A stretch of 64,000 nucleotides of DNA. It comes from Eledone cirrhosa. Its lineage: Eukaryota. Below the pieces are notes generated by a model. It was not told the DNA's origin and made no database searches. It saw nothing but the letters and a program-made list of their open reading frames with translations. Position 1 is the stretch's first letter. Every line of letters begins with the position of its first letter. Below are positions 13,301 through 26,700 of this stretch, piece by piece. The stretch spans positions 2,728,001 through 2,792,000 of the forward strand of contig OZ024745.1 of the NCBI GenBank assembly GCA_964016885.1, given 5' to 3'. The position numbers and the translations under genes are program-made.

Positions 13301-16300
13301 GAACGAGTTATATAATTATATAACAGTGTTGGTGGTTGTATGGTAGAACGAGTTATATAATTATATAACAGTGTTGGTGGTTGTATGGTAGAACCAGTTA
13401 TATAATTATATAACAGTGTTGGTGGTGGTATGGTAGAACCAGTTATATAATTATATAACAGTGTTGGTGGTGGTATGGTAGAACCAGTTATATAATTATA
13501 TAACAGTGTTGGTGGTTGTATGGTAGAACCAGTGATATAATTATATAACAGTGTTGGTGGTGGTATGGTAGAACCAGTTATATAATTATATAACAGTGTT
13601 GGTGGTTGTATGGTAGAACCAGTTATATAATTATATAACAGTGTTGGCGGTTGTATGGTAGAACCAGTTATATAATTATATAACAGTGTTGGTGGTTGTA
13701 TGGTAGAACCAGTTATATAATTATATAACAGTGTTGGTGGTTGTATAGTAGAACGAGTTATATAATTATATAACAGTGTTGGTGGTTGTATGGTAAAACC
13801 AGTTATATAATTATATAACAGTGTTGGTGGTTGTATGGTAGAACCAGTTATATAATTATATAACAGTGTTGGTGGTTGTATGGTAGAACGAGTTATATAA
13901 TTATATAACAGTGTTGGTGGTTGTATGGTAGAACCACTGGTTATATAATTATATACCAGTGTTGGCGGTTGTATGGTAGAACGAGTTATATAATTATATA
14001 ACAGTGTTGATGGTTGTATGGTAGAACGAGTTATATAATTATATAACAGTCTTGGTGGTTGTATGGTAGAACCAGTTATATAATTATATAACAGTGTTGG
14101 TGGTTGTATGGTAGAACCAGTTATATAATTATATAACAGTGTTGGTGGTTGTATGGTAGAACGAATTATATAATTATATAACAGTGTTGGTGGTTGTATG
14201 GTAGAACCAGTTATATAATTATATAACAGTGTTGGTGGTTGTATGGTAGAACCACTGGTTATATAATTATATAACAGTGTTGGCGGTTGTATGGTAGAAC
14301 CAGTTATATAATTATATAACAGTGTTAGTGGTTGTATGGTAGAACGAGTTATATAATTATATAACAGTGTTGGTGGTTGTATGGTAGAACAAGTTATATA
14401 ATTATATAACAGTGTTAGTGGTTGTATGGTAGAACCAGTTATATAATTATATAACAGTGTTGGTGGCTGTATGGTAGAACCACTTGTTATATAATTATAT
14501 AACAGCGTTGGTGGTTGTATGGTAGAACCAGTTATATAATTATATAACAGTTGGTGGTTGTATGGTAGAACCAGTTATATAATTATATAACAGTGTTGGT
14601 GGTTGTATGGTAGAACCAGTGATATAATTATATAACAGTGTTGGTGGTTGTATGGTAGAACCAGTTATATAATTATATAACAGTTGGTGGTTGTATAGTA
14701 GAACCAGTGATATAATTATATAACAGTGTTGGTGGTTGCATGGTAGAACCAGTTATATAATTATATAACAGTGTTGGTGGTTGTATGGTAGAACCAGTTA
14801 TATAATTATATAACAGTGTTGGTGGTTGTATGGTAGAACCAGTGATATAATTATATAACAGTGTTGGTGGTGGTATGGTAGAACCAGTTATATAATTATA
14901 TAACAGTGTTGGTGGTGGTATGGTAGAACCAGTTATATAATTATATAACAGTGTTGGTGGTTGTATGGTAGAACCACTGGTTATATAATTATATAACAGT
15001 GTTGGTGGTTGTATGGTACAACTAGTTATATAATTATATAACAGTGTTGGTGGTTGTATGGTAGAACCAGTGATATAATTATATAACAGGGTTGGTGGTG
15101 GTATGGTAGAACCAGTTATATAATTATATAACAGTGTTGGTGGTGGTATGGTAGAACCAGTTATATAATTATATAACAGTGTTGGTGGTTGTATGGTAGA
15201 ACCAGTGATATAATTATATAACAGTGTTGTTGGTGGTATGGTAGAACCAGTTATATAATTATATAACAGTGTTGGTGGTTGTATGGTAGAACCAGTTATA
15301 TAATTATATAACAGTGTTGGTGGTTGTATGGTAGAACCACTGGTTATATAATTATATAACAGTGTTGGTGGTTGTATGGTAGAACCAGTTATATAATTAT
15401 ATAACAGTTGGTGGTTGTATGGTAGAACCAGTTATATAATTATATAACAGTGTTGGTGGTTGTATGGTAGAACGAGTTATATAATTATATAACAGTGTTG
15501 GTGGTTGTATGGTAGAACGAGTTATATAATTATATAACAGTGTTGGTGGTTGTATGGTAGAACCAGTTATATAATTATATAACAGTGTTGGTGGTTGTAT
15601 GGTAGAACCAGTTATATAATTATATAACAGTGTTGGCGGTTGTATGGTAGAACCAGTTATATAATTATATAACAGTGTTGGTGGTTGTATGGTAGAACCA
15701 GTTATATAATTGTATAACAGTGTTGGCGGTTGTATGGTAGAACCAGTTATATAATTATATAACAGTGTTGGTGGTTGTATGGTAGAACCAGTTATATAAT
15801 TATATAACAGTGTTGGTGGTTGTATGGTAGAACCAGTTATATAATTATATAACAGTGTTGGCGGTTGTATGGTGGAACCAGTTATATAATTATATAACAG
15901 TGTTGGTGGTTGTATGGTAGAACCAGTTATATAATTATATAACAGTATTGGCGGTTGTATGGTAGAACCAGTTATATAATTATATAATAGTGTTGGTGGT
16001 TGTATGGTAGAAGCAGTTATATAATTATATAACAGTGTTGGTGGTTGTATGTTAGAACGAGTTATATAATTATATAACAGTGTTGGTGGTTGTATGGTAG
16101 AACCAGTTATATAATTATATAACAGTGTTGGTGGTTGTATGGTAGAACCAGTTATATAATTATATAACAGTGTTGGTGGTTGTATGGTAGAACGAGTTAT
16201 ATAATTATATAACAGTGTTGGTGGTTGTATGGTAGAACGAGTTATATAATTATATAACAGTGTTGGTGGTTGTATGGTAGAACCAGTTATATAATTATAT

Positions 16301-16769
16301 AACAGTGTTGGTGGTTGTATGGTAGAACCACTGTTTATATAATTATATAACAGTGTTGGCGGTTGTATGGTAGAACCAGTTATATAATTATATAACAGTG
16401 TTGGTGGTTGTATGGTAGAACGAGTTATATAATTATATAACAGTGTTGGTGGTTGTATGGTAGAACGAGTTATATAATTATATAACAGTGTTGGTGGTTG
16501 TATGGTAGAACCAGTTATATAATTATATAATAGTGTTGGTGGTTGTATGGTAGAACGAGTTATATAATTATATAACAGTGTTGGTGGTTGTATGGTAGAA
16601 CGAGTTATATAATTATATAACAGTGTTGGTGGTTGTATGGTAGAACGAGTTATATAATTATATAACAGTGTTGGTGGTTGTATGGTAGAACCACTGGTTA
16701 TATAATTATATAACAGTGTTGGCGGTTGTATGGTAGAACCAGTTATATAATTATATAACAGTGTTAGTG

Positions 16770-19700
16770 GTTGTATGGTAGAACGAGTTATATAATTATA
16801 TAACAGTGTTGGTGGTTGTATGGTAGAACCAGTTATATAATTATATAACAGTGTTGGTGGCTGTATGGTAGAACCACTGGTTATATAATTATATAACAGT
16901 GTTGGCGGTTGTATGGTAGAACCAGCTATATAATTATATAACAGTTGGTGGTAGTTGTATGGTAGAACCAGTGATATAATTATATAACAGTGTTGGTGGT
17001 TGTATGGTAGAACCAGTTATATAATTATATAACAGTGTTGGTGGTTGTATGGTAGAACCAGTTATATAATTATATAACAGTGATGGTGGTTGTATGGTAG
17101 AAACAGTTATATAATTATATAACAGTGTTGGTGGTGGTATGGTAGAACCAGTTATATAATTATATAACAGTGTTGGTGGTGGTATGGTAGAACCAGTTAT
17201 ATAATTATATAACAGTGTTGGTGGTTGTATGGTAGAACCACTGGTTATATAATTATATAACTGTGTTGGTGGTTGTATGGTAGAACCAGTTATATAATTA
17301 TATAACAGTTGGTGGTTGTATGGTAGAACCAGTTATATAATTATATAACAGTGTTGGTGGTTGTATGGTAGAACGAGTTATATAATTATATAACAGTGTT
17401 GGTGGTTGTATGGTAGAACCACTGGTTATATAATTATATAACTGTGTTGGTGGTTGTATGGTAGAACCAGTTATATAATTATATAACAGTTGGTGGTTGT
17501 ATGATAGAACCAGTTATATAATTATATAACAGTGTTGGTGGTTGTATGGTAGAACGAGTTATATAATTATATATCAGTGTTGGTGGTTGTATGGTAGAAC
17601 GAGTTATATAATTATATAACAGTGTTGGTGGTTGTATGGTAGAACCAGTTATATAATTATATAACAGTGTTGGTGGTTGTATGGTAGAACCAGTTATATA
17701 ATTATATAACAGTGTTGGTGGTTGTATGGTAGAACGAGTTATATAATTATATAACAGTGTTGGTGGTTGTATGGTAGAACGAGTTATATAATTATATAAC
17801 AGTGTTGGTGGTTGTATGGTAGAACCAGTTATATAATTATATAACAGTGTTGGTGGTTGTATGGTAGAAACAGTTATATAATTATATAACAGTGTTGGCG
17901 GTTGTATGGTAGAACCACTTATATAATTATATAACAGTGTTGGTGGTTGTATGGTAGAACCAGTTATATAATTATATAACAGTGTTGGCGGTTGTATGGT
18001 AGAACCAGTTATATAATTATATAACAGTGTTGGTGGTTGTATGGTAGAACCAGTTATATAATTATATAACAGTGTTGGTGGTTGTATGGTAGAACGAGTT
18101 ATATAATTATATAACAGTGTTGGTGGTTGTATGGTAGAACCAGTTATATAATTATATAACAGTGTTGGTGGTTGTATGGTAGAACCAGTTATATAATTAT
18201 ATAACAGTGTTGGTGGTTGTATGGTAGAACCAGTGATATAATTATATAACAGTGTTGGTGGTTGTATGGTAGAACCAGTTATATAATTATATAACAGTTG
18301 GTGGTTGTATGGTAGAACCAGTGATATAATTATATAACAGTGTTGGTGGTTGTATGGTAGAACCAGTTACATAATTATATAACAGTGTTGGTGGTTGTAT
18401 GGTAGAACCAGTTATATAATTATATAACAGATGGTGGTTGTATGGTAGAACCAGTGATATAATTATATAACAGTGTTGGTGGCTGTATGGTAGAACCAGT
18501 TATATAATTATATAACAGTTGGTGGTTGTATAGTAGAACGAGTGATATAATTATATAACAGTGTTGGTGGTTGTATGGTAGAACCAGTGATATAATTATA
18601 TAACAGTGTTGGCGGTTGTATGGTAGAACCAGTTATATAATTATATAACAGTGTTGGTGGTTGTATGGTAGAACCAGTTATATAATTATATAACAGTTGG
18701 TGGTTGTATGGCAGAACCAGTTATATAATTATATAACAGTGTTGGTGGTTGTATGGTAGAACCAGTGATATAATTATATAACAGTGTTGGTGGTTGTATG
18801 GTAGAACCAGTTATATAATTATATAACAGTTGGTGGTTGTATGGTAGAACCAGTGATATAATTATATAACAGTGTTGGTGGTTGTATGGTAGAACCAGTT
18901 ATATAATTATATAACAGTGTTGGTGGTTGTATGGTAGAACCAGTTATATAAATATATAACAGTGTTGGTGGTTGTATGGTAGAACCAGTGATATAATTAT
19001 ATAACAGTGTTGGTGGTGGTATGGTAGAACCAGTTATATAATTATATAACAGTGTTGGTGGTGGTATGGTAGAACCAGTTATATAATTATATAACAGTCT
19101 TGGTGGTTGTATGGTAGAACCACTGGTTATATAATTATATAACAGTGTTGGTGGTTGTATGGTAGAACCAGTTATATAATTATATAACAGTGTTGGTGGT
19201 TGTATGGTAGAACCAGTGATATAATTATATAACCGTGTTGGTGGTGGTATGGTAGAACCAGTTATATAATTATATAACAGTGTTGGTGGTGGTATGGTAG
19301 AACCAGTTATATAATTATATAACAGTGTTGGTGGTTGTATGGTAGAACCAGTGATATAATTATATAACAGTGTTGGTGGTGGTATGGTAGAACCAGTTAT
19401 ATAATTATATAACAGTGTTGGTGGTTGTATGGTAGAACCAGTTATATAATTATATAACAGTGTTAGTGGTTGTATGGTAGAACCACTGGTTATATAATTA
19501 TATAACAGTGTTGGTGGTTGTATGGTAGAACCAGTTATATAATTATATAACAGTTGGTGGTTGTATGGTAGAACCATTTATATAATTATATAACAGTGTT
19601 GATGGTTGTATGGTAGAACCAGTTATATAATTATATAACAGTGTTGGTGGTTGTATGGTAGAACCAGTTATATAATTATATAACAGTGTTGGTGGTTGTA

Positions 19701-22700
19701 TGGTAGAACCAGTTATATAATTATATAACAGTGTTGGTGGTTGTATGGTAGAACCAGTTATATAATTATATAACAGTGTTGGTGGTTGTATGGTAGAACG
19801 AGTTATATAATTATATAACAGTGTTGGTGTTTGTATGGTAGAACGAGTTATATAATTATATAACAGTGTTGGTGGTTGTATGGTAGAACCAGTTATATAA
19901 TTATATAACAGTGTTGGTGGTTGTATGGTAGAACCAGTTATATAATTATATAACAGTGTTGGCGGTTGTATGGTAGAACCACTTATATAATTATATAACA
20001 GTGTTGGTGGTTGTATGGTAGAACCAGTTATATAATTATATAACAGTGTTGGCGGTTGTATGGTAGAACCAGTTATATAATTATATAACAGTGTTGGTGG
20101 TTGTATGGTAGAACCAGTTATATAATTATATAACAGTGTTGGTGGTTGTATGGTAGAACGAGTTATATAATTATATAACAGTGTTGGTGGTTGTATGGTA
20201 GAACGAGTTATATAATTATATAACAGTGTTGGTGGTTGTATGGTAGAACGAGTTATATAATTATATAACAGTGTTGGTGGTTGTATGGTAGAACCAGTTA
20301 TATAATTATATAACAGTGTTGGTGGCTGTATGGTAGAACCACTGGTTATATAATTATATAACAGTGTTGGCGGTTGTATGGTAGAACCAGCTATATAATT
20401 ATATAACAGTTGGTGGTAGTTGTATGGTAGAACCAGTGATATAATTATATAACAGTGTTGGTGGTTGTATGGTAGAACCAGTTATATAATTATATAACAG
20501 TGTTGGTGGTTGTATGGTAGAACCAGTTATATAATTATATAACAGTGATGGTGGTTGTATGGTAGAAACAGTTATATAATTATATAACAGTGTTGGTGGT
20601 GGTATGGTAGAACCAGTTATATAATTATATAACAGTGTTGGTGGTGGTATGGTAGAACCAGTTATATAATTATATAACAGTGTTGGTGGTTGTATGGTAG
20701 AACCACTGGTTATATAATTATATAACTGTGTTGGTGGTTGTATGGTAGAACCAGTTATATAATTATATAACAGTTGGTGGTTGTATGGTAGAACCAGTTA
20801 TATAATTATATAACAGTGTTGGTGGTTGTATGGTAGAACGAGTTATATAATTATATAACAGTGTTGGTGGTTGTATGGTAGAACCACTGGTTATATAATT
20901 ATATAACTGTGTTGGTGGTTGTATGGTAGAACCAGTTATATAATTATATAACAGTTGGTGGTTGTATGATAGAACCAGTTATATAATTATATAACAGTGT
21001 TGGTGGTTGTATGGTAGAACGAGTTATATAATTATATATCAGTGTTGGTGGTTGTATGGTAGAACGAGTTATATAATTATATAACAGTGTTGGTGGTTGT
21101 ATGGTAGAACCAGTTATATAATTATATAACAGTGTTGGTGGTTGTATGGTAGAACCAGTTATATAATTATATAACAGTGTTGGTGGTTGTATGGTAGAAC
21201 GAGTTATATAATTATATAACAGTGTTGGTGGTTGTATGGTAGAACGAGTTATATAATTATATAACAGTGTTGGTGGTTGTATGGTAGAACCAGTTATATA
21301 ATTATATAACAGTGTTGGTGGTTGTATGGTAGAAACAGTTATATAATTATATAACAGTGTTGGCGGTTGTATGGTAGAACCACTTATATAATTATATAAC
21401 AGTGTTGGTGGTTGTATGGTAGAACCAGTTATATAATTATATAACAGTGTTGGCGGTTGTATGGTAGAACCAGTTATATAATTATATAACAGTGTTGGTG
21501 GTTGTATGGTAGAACCAGTTATATAATTATATAACAGTGTTGGTGGTTGTATGGTAGAACGAGTTATATAATTATATAACAGTGTTGGTGGTTGTATGGT
21601 AGAACCAGTTATATAATTATATAACAGTGTTGGTGGTTGTATGGTAGAACCAGTTATATAATTATATAACAGTGTTGGTGGTTGTATGGTAGAACCAGTG
21701 ATATAATTATATAACAGTGTTGGTGGTTGTATGGTAGAACCAGTTATATAATTATATAACAGTTGGTGGTTGTATGGTAGAACCAGTGATATAATTATAT
21801 AACAGTGTTGGTGGTTGTATGGTAGAACCAGTTACATAATTATATAACAGTGTTGGTGGTTGTATGGTAGAACCAGTTATATAATTATATAACAGTTGGT
21901 GGTTGTATGGTAGAACCAGTGATATAATTATATAACAGTGTTGGTGGCTGTATGGTAGAACCAGTTATATAATTATATAACAGTTGGTGGTTGTATAGTA
22001 GAACGAGTGATATAATTATATAACAGTGTTGGTGGTTGTATGGTAGAACCAGTGATATAATTATATAACAGTGTTGGCGGTTGTATGGTAGAACCAGTTA
22101 TATAATTATATAACAGTGTTGGTGGTTGTATGGTAGAACCAGTAATATAATTATATAACAGTTGGTGGTTGTATGGCAGAACCAGTTATATAATTATATA
22201 ACAGTGTTGGTGGTTGTATGGTAGAACCAGTGATATAATTATATAACAGTGTTGGTGGTTGTATGGTAGAACCAGTTATATAATTATATAACAGTTGGTG
22301 GTTGTATGGTAGAACCAGTGATATAATTATATAACAGTGTTGGTGGTTGTATGGTAGAACCAGTTATATAATTATATAACAGTGTTGGTGGTTGTATGGT
22401 AGAACCAGTTATATAAATATATAACAGTGTTGGTGGTTGTATGGTAGAACCAGTGATATAATTATATAACAGTGTTGGTGGTGGTATGGTAGAACCAGTT
22501 ATATAATTATATAACAGTGTTGGTGGTGGTATGGTAGAGCCAATTATATAATTATATAACAGTCTTGGTGGTTGTATGGTAGAACCACTGGTTATATAAT
22601 TATATAACAGTGTTGGTGGTTGTATGGTAGAACCAGTTATATAATTATATAACAGTGTTGGTGGTTGTATGGTAGAACCAGTGATATAATTATATAACCG

Positions 22701-23700
22701 TGTTGGTGGTGGTATGGTAGAACCAGTTATATAATTATATAACAGTGTTGGTGGTGGTATGGTAGAACCAGTTATATAATTATATAACAGTGTTGGTGGT
22801 TGTATGGTAGAACCAGTGATATAATTATATAACAGTGTTGGTGGTGGTATGGTAGAACCAGTTATATAATTATATAACAGTGTTGGTGGTTGTATGGTAG
22901 AACCAGTTATATAATTATATAACAGTGTTAGTGGTTGTATGGTAGAACCACTGGTTATATAATTATATAACAGTGTTGGTGGTTGTATGGTAGAACCAGT
23001 TATATAATTATATAACAGTTGGTGGTTGTATGGTAGAACCAGTTATATAATTATATAACAGTGTTGGTGGTTGTATGGTAGAACCAGTTATATAATTATA
23101 TAACAGTGTTGGTGGTTGTATGGTAGAACCAGTTATATAATTATATAACAGTGTTGGTGGTTGTATGGTAGAACCAGTTATATAATTATATAACAGTGTT
23201 GGTGGTTGTATGGTAGAACCAGTTATATAATTATATAACAGTGTTGGTGGTTGTATGGTAGAACGAGTTATATAATTATATAACAGTGTTGGTGTTTGTA
23301 TGGTAGAACGAGTTATATAATTATATAACAGTGTTGGTGGTTGTATGGTAGAACCAGTTATATAATTATATAACAGTGTTGGTGGTTGTATGGTAGAACC
23401 AGTTATATAATTATATAACAGTGTTGGCGGTTGTATGGTAGAACCACTTATATAATTATATAACAGTGTTGGTGGTTGTATGGTAGAACCAGTTATATAA
23501 TTATATAACAGTGTTGGCGGTTGTATGGTAGAACCAGTTATATAATTATATAACAGTGTTGGTGGTTGTATGGTAGAACCAGTTATATAATTATATAACA
23601 GTGTTGGTGGTTGTATGGTAGAACGAGTTATATAATTATATAACAGTGTTGGTGGTTGTATGGTAGAACGAGTTATATAATTATATAACAGTGTTGGTGG
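16770..23700. repeat. Tandem duplication, period 3465 bp
   Basis: CCAGCT at 16922/20387, ATGATAG at 17501/20966, GCAGAACC at 18711/22176. Confidence 0.9.
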
Positions 23701-26700
23701 TTGTATGGTAGAACCAGTGATATAATTATATAACAGTGTTGGTGGTTGTATGGTAGAACCAGTTATATAATTATATAACAGTTGGTGGTTGTATGGTAGA
23801 ACCAGTGATATAATTATATAACAGTGTTGGTGGTTGTATGGTAGAACCAGTTACATAATTATATAACAGTGTTGGTGGTTGTATGGTAGAACCAGTTATA
23901 TAATTATATAACAGTTGGTGGTTGTATGGTATAACCAGTGATATAATTATATAACAGTGTTGGTGGCTGTATAGTAGAACCAGTTATATAATTATATTAC
24001 AGTTGGTGGTTGTATAGTAGAACCAGTGATATAATTATATAACAGTGTTGGTGGTTGTATGGTAGAACCAGTGATATAATTATATAACAGTGTTGGCGGA
24101 TGTATGGTAGAACCAGTTATATAATTATATAAAAGTGTTGGTGGTTGTATGGTAGAACCAGTTATATAATTATATAACAGTTGGTGGTTGTATGGTAGAA
24201 CCAGTTATATAATTATATAACAGTGTTGGTGGTTGTATGGTAGAACCAGTGATATAATTATATAACAGTGTTGGTGGTTGTATGGTAGAACCAGTTATAT
24301 AATTATATAACAGTTGGTGGTTGTATGGTAGAACCAGTGATATAATTATATAACAGTGTTGGTGTTTGTATGGTAGAACCAGTTATATAATTATATAACA
24401 GTGTTGGTGGTTGTATGGTAGAACCAGTTATATAATTATATAACAGTGTTGGTGGTTGTATGGTAGAACCAGTGATATAATTATATAAAAGTGTTGGTGG
24501 TGGTATGGTAGAACCAGTTATATAATTATATAACAGTGTTGGTGGTGGTATGGTAGAACCAGTTATATAATTATATAACAGTGTTGGTGGTTGTGTGGTA
24601 GAACCAATGGTTATATAATTATATAACAGTGTTGGTGGTTGTATGGTAGAACCAGTTATATAATTATATAACAGTGTTGGTGGTTGTATGGTAGAACCAG
24701 TGATATAATTATATAACAGTGTTGGTGTGTGGTATGGTAGAACCAGTTATATAATTATAAACAGTGTTGGTGGTGGTATGGTAGAACCAGTTATATAATT
24801 ATATAACAGTGTTGGTGGTTGTATGGTAGAACCAGTGATATAATTATATAACAGTGTTGGTGGTGGTATGGTAGAACCAGTTATATAATTATATAACAGT
24901 GTTGGTGGTTGTATGGTAGAACCAGTTATATAATTATATAACAGTGTTGGTGGTTGTATGGTAGAATCACTGGTTATATAATTATATAACAGTGTTGGTG
25001 GTTGTATGGTAGAACCAGTTATATAATTATATAACAGTTGGTGGTTGTATGGTAGAACCAGTTAAATAATTATATAACAGTGTTGGTGGTTGTATGGTAG
25101 AACCAGTTATATAATTATATAACAGTGTTGGCGGTTGTATGGTAGAACCAGTTATATAATTATATAACAGTGTTGGTGGTTGTATGGTAGAACCAGTTAT
25201 ATAATTATATAACAGTGTTGGTGGTTGTATAGTAGAACGAGTTATATAATTATATAACAGTGTTGGTGGTTGTATGGTAAAACCAGTTATATAATTATAT
25301 AACAGTGTTGGTGGTTGTATGGTAGAACCAGTTATATAATTATATAACAGTGTTGGTGGTTGTATGGTAGAACGAGTTATATAATTATATAACAGTGTTG
25401 GTGGTTGTATGGTAGAATGAGTTATATAATTATATAACAGTGTTGGTGGTTGTATGGTAGAACGAGTTATATAATTATATAACAGTGTTGGTGGTTGTAT
25501 GGTAGAACCACTGGTTATATAATTATATACCAGTGTTGGCGGTTGTATGGTAGAACGAGTTATATAATTATATAACAGTGTTGATGGTTGTATGGTAGAA
25601 CGAGTTATATAATTATATAACAGTCTTGGTGGTTGTATGGTAGAACCAGTTATATAATTATATAACAGTGTTGGTGGTTGTATGGTAGAACCAGTTATAT
25701 AATTATATAACAGTGTTGGTGGTTGTATGGAAGAACGAGTTATATAATTATATAACAGTGTTGGTGGTTGTATGGTAGAACCAGTTATATAATTATATAA
25801 CAGTGTTGGTGGTTGTATGGTAGAACCACTGGTTATATAATTATATAACAGTGTTGGCGGTTGTATGGTAGAACCAGTTATATAATTATATAACAGTGTT
25901 AGTGGTTGTATGGTAGAACGAGTTATATAATTATATAACAGTGTTGGTGGTTGTATGGTAGAACCAGTTATATAATTATATAACAGTGTTGGTGGTTGTA
26001 TGGTAGAACCAGTTATATAATTATATAACAGTGTTGGTGGCTATATGGTAGAACCAGTGATATAATTATATAACAGTGTTGGTGGTTGTATGGTAGAACC
26101 AGTTATATAATTATATAACAGTTGGTGGTTGTATAGTAGAACCAGTGATATAATTATATAACAGTGTTGGTGGTTGCATGGTAGAACCAGTTATATAATT
26201 ATATAACAGTGTTGGTGGTTGTATGGTAGAACCAGTTATATAATTATATAACAGTTGGTGGTTGTATAGTAGAACCAGTGATATAATTATATAACAGTGT
26301 TGGTGGTTGCATGGTAGAACCAGTTATATAATTATATAACAGTGTTGGTGGTTGTATGGTAGAACCAGTTATATAATTATATAACAGTGTTGGTGGTTGT
26401 ATGGTAGAACCAGTGATATAATTATATAACAGTGTTGGTGGTGGTATGGTAGAACCAGTTATATAATTATATAACAGTGTTGGTGGTGGTATGGTAGAAC
26501 CAGTTATATAATTATATAACAGTGTTGGTGGTTGTATGGTAGAACCACTGGTTATATAATTATATAACAGTGTTGGTGGTTGTATGGTACAACTAGTTAT
26601 ATAATTATATAACAGTGTTGGTGGTTGTATGGTAGAACCAGTGATATAATTATATAACAGGGTTGGTGGTGGTATGGTAGAACCAGTTATATAATTATAT

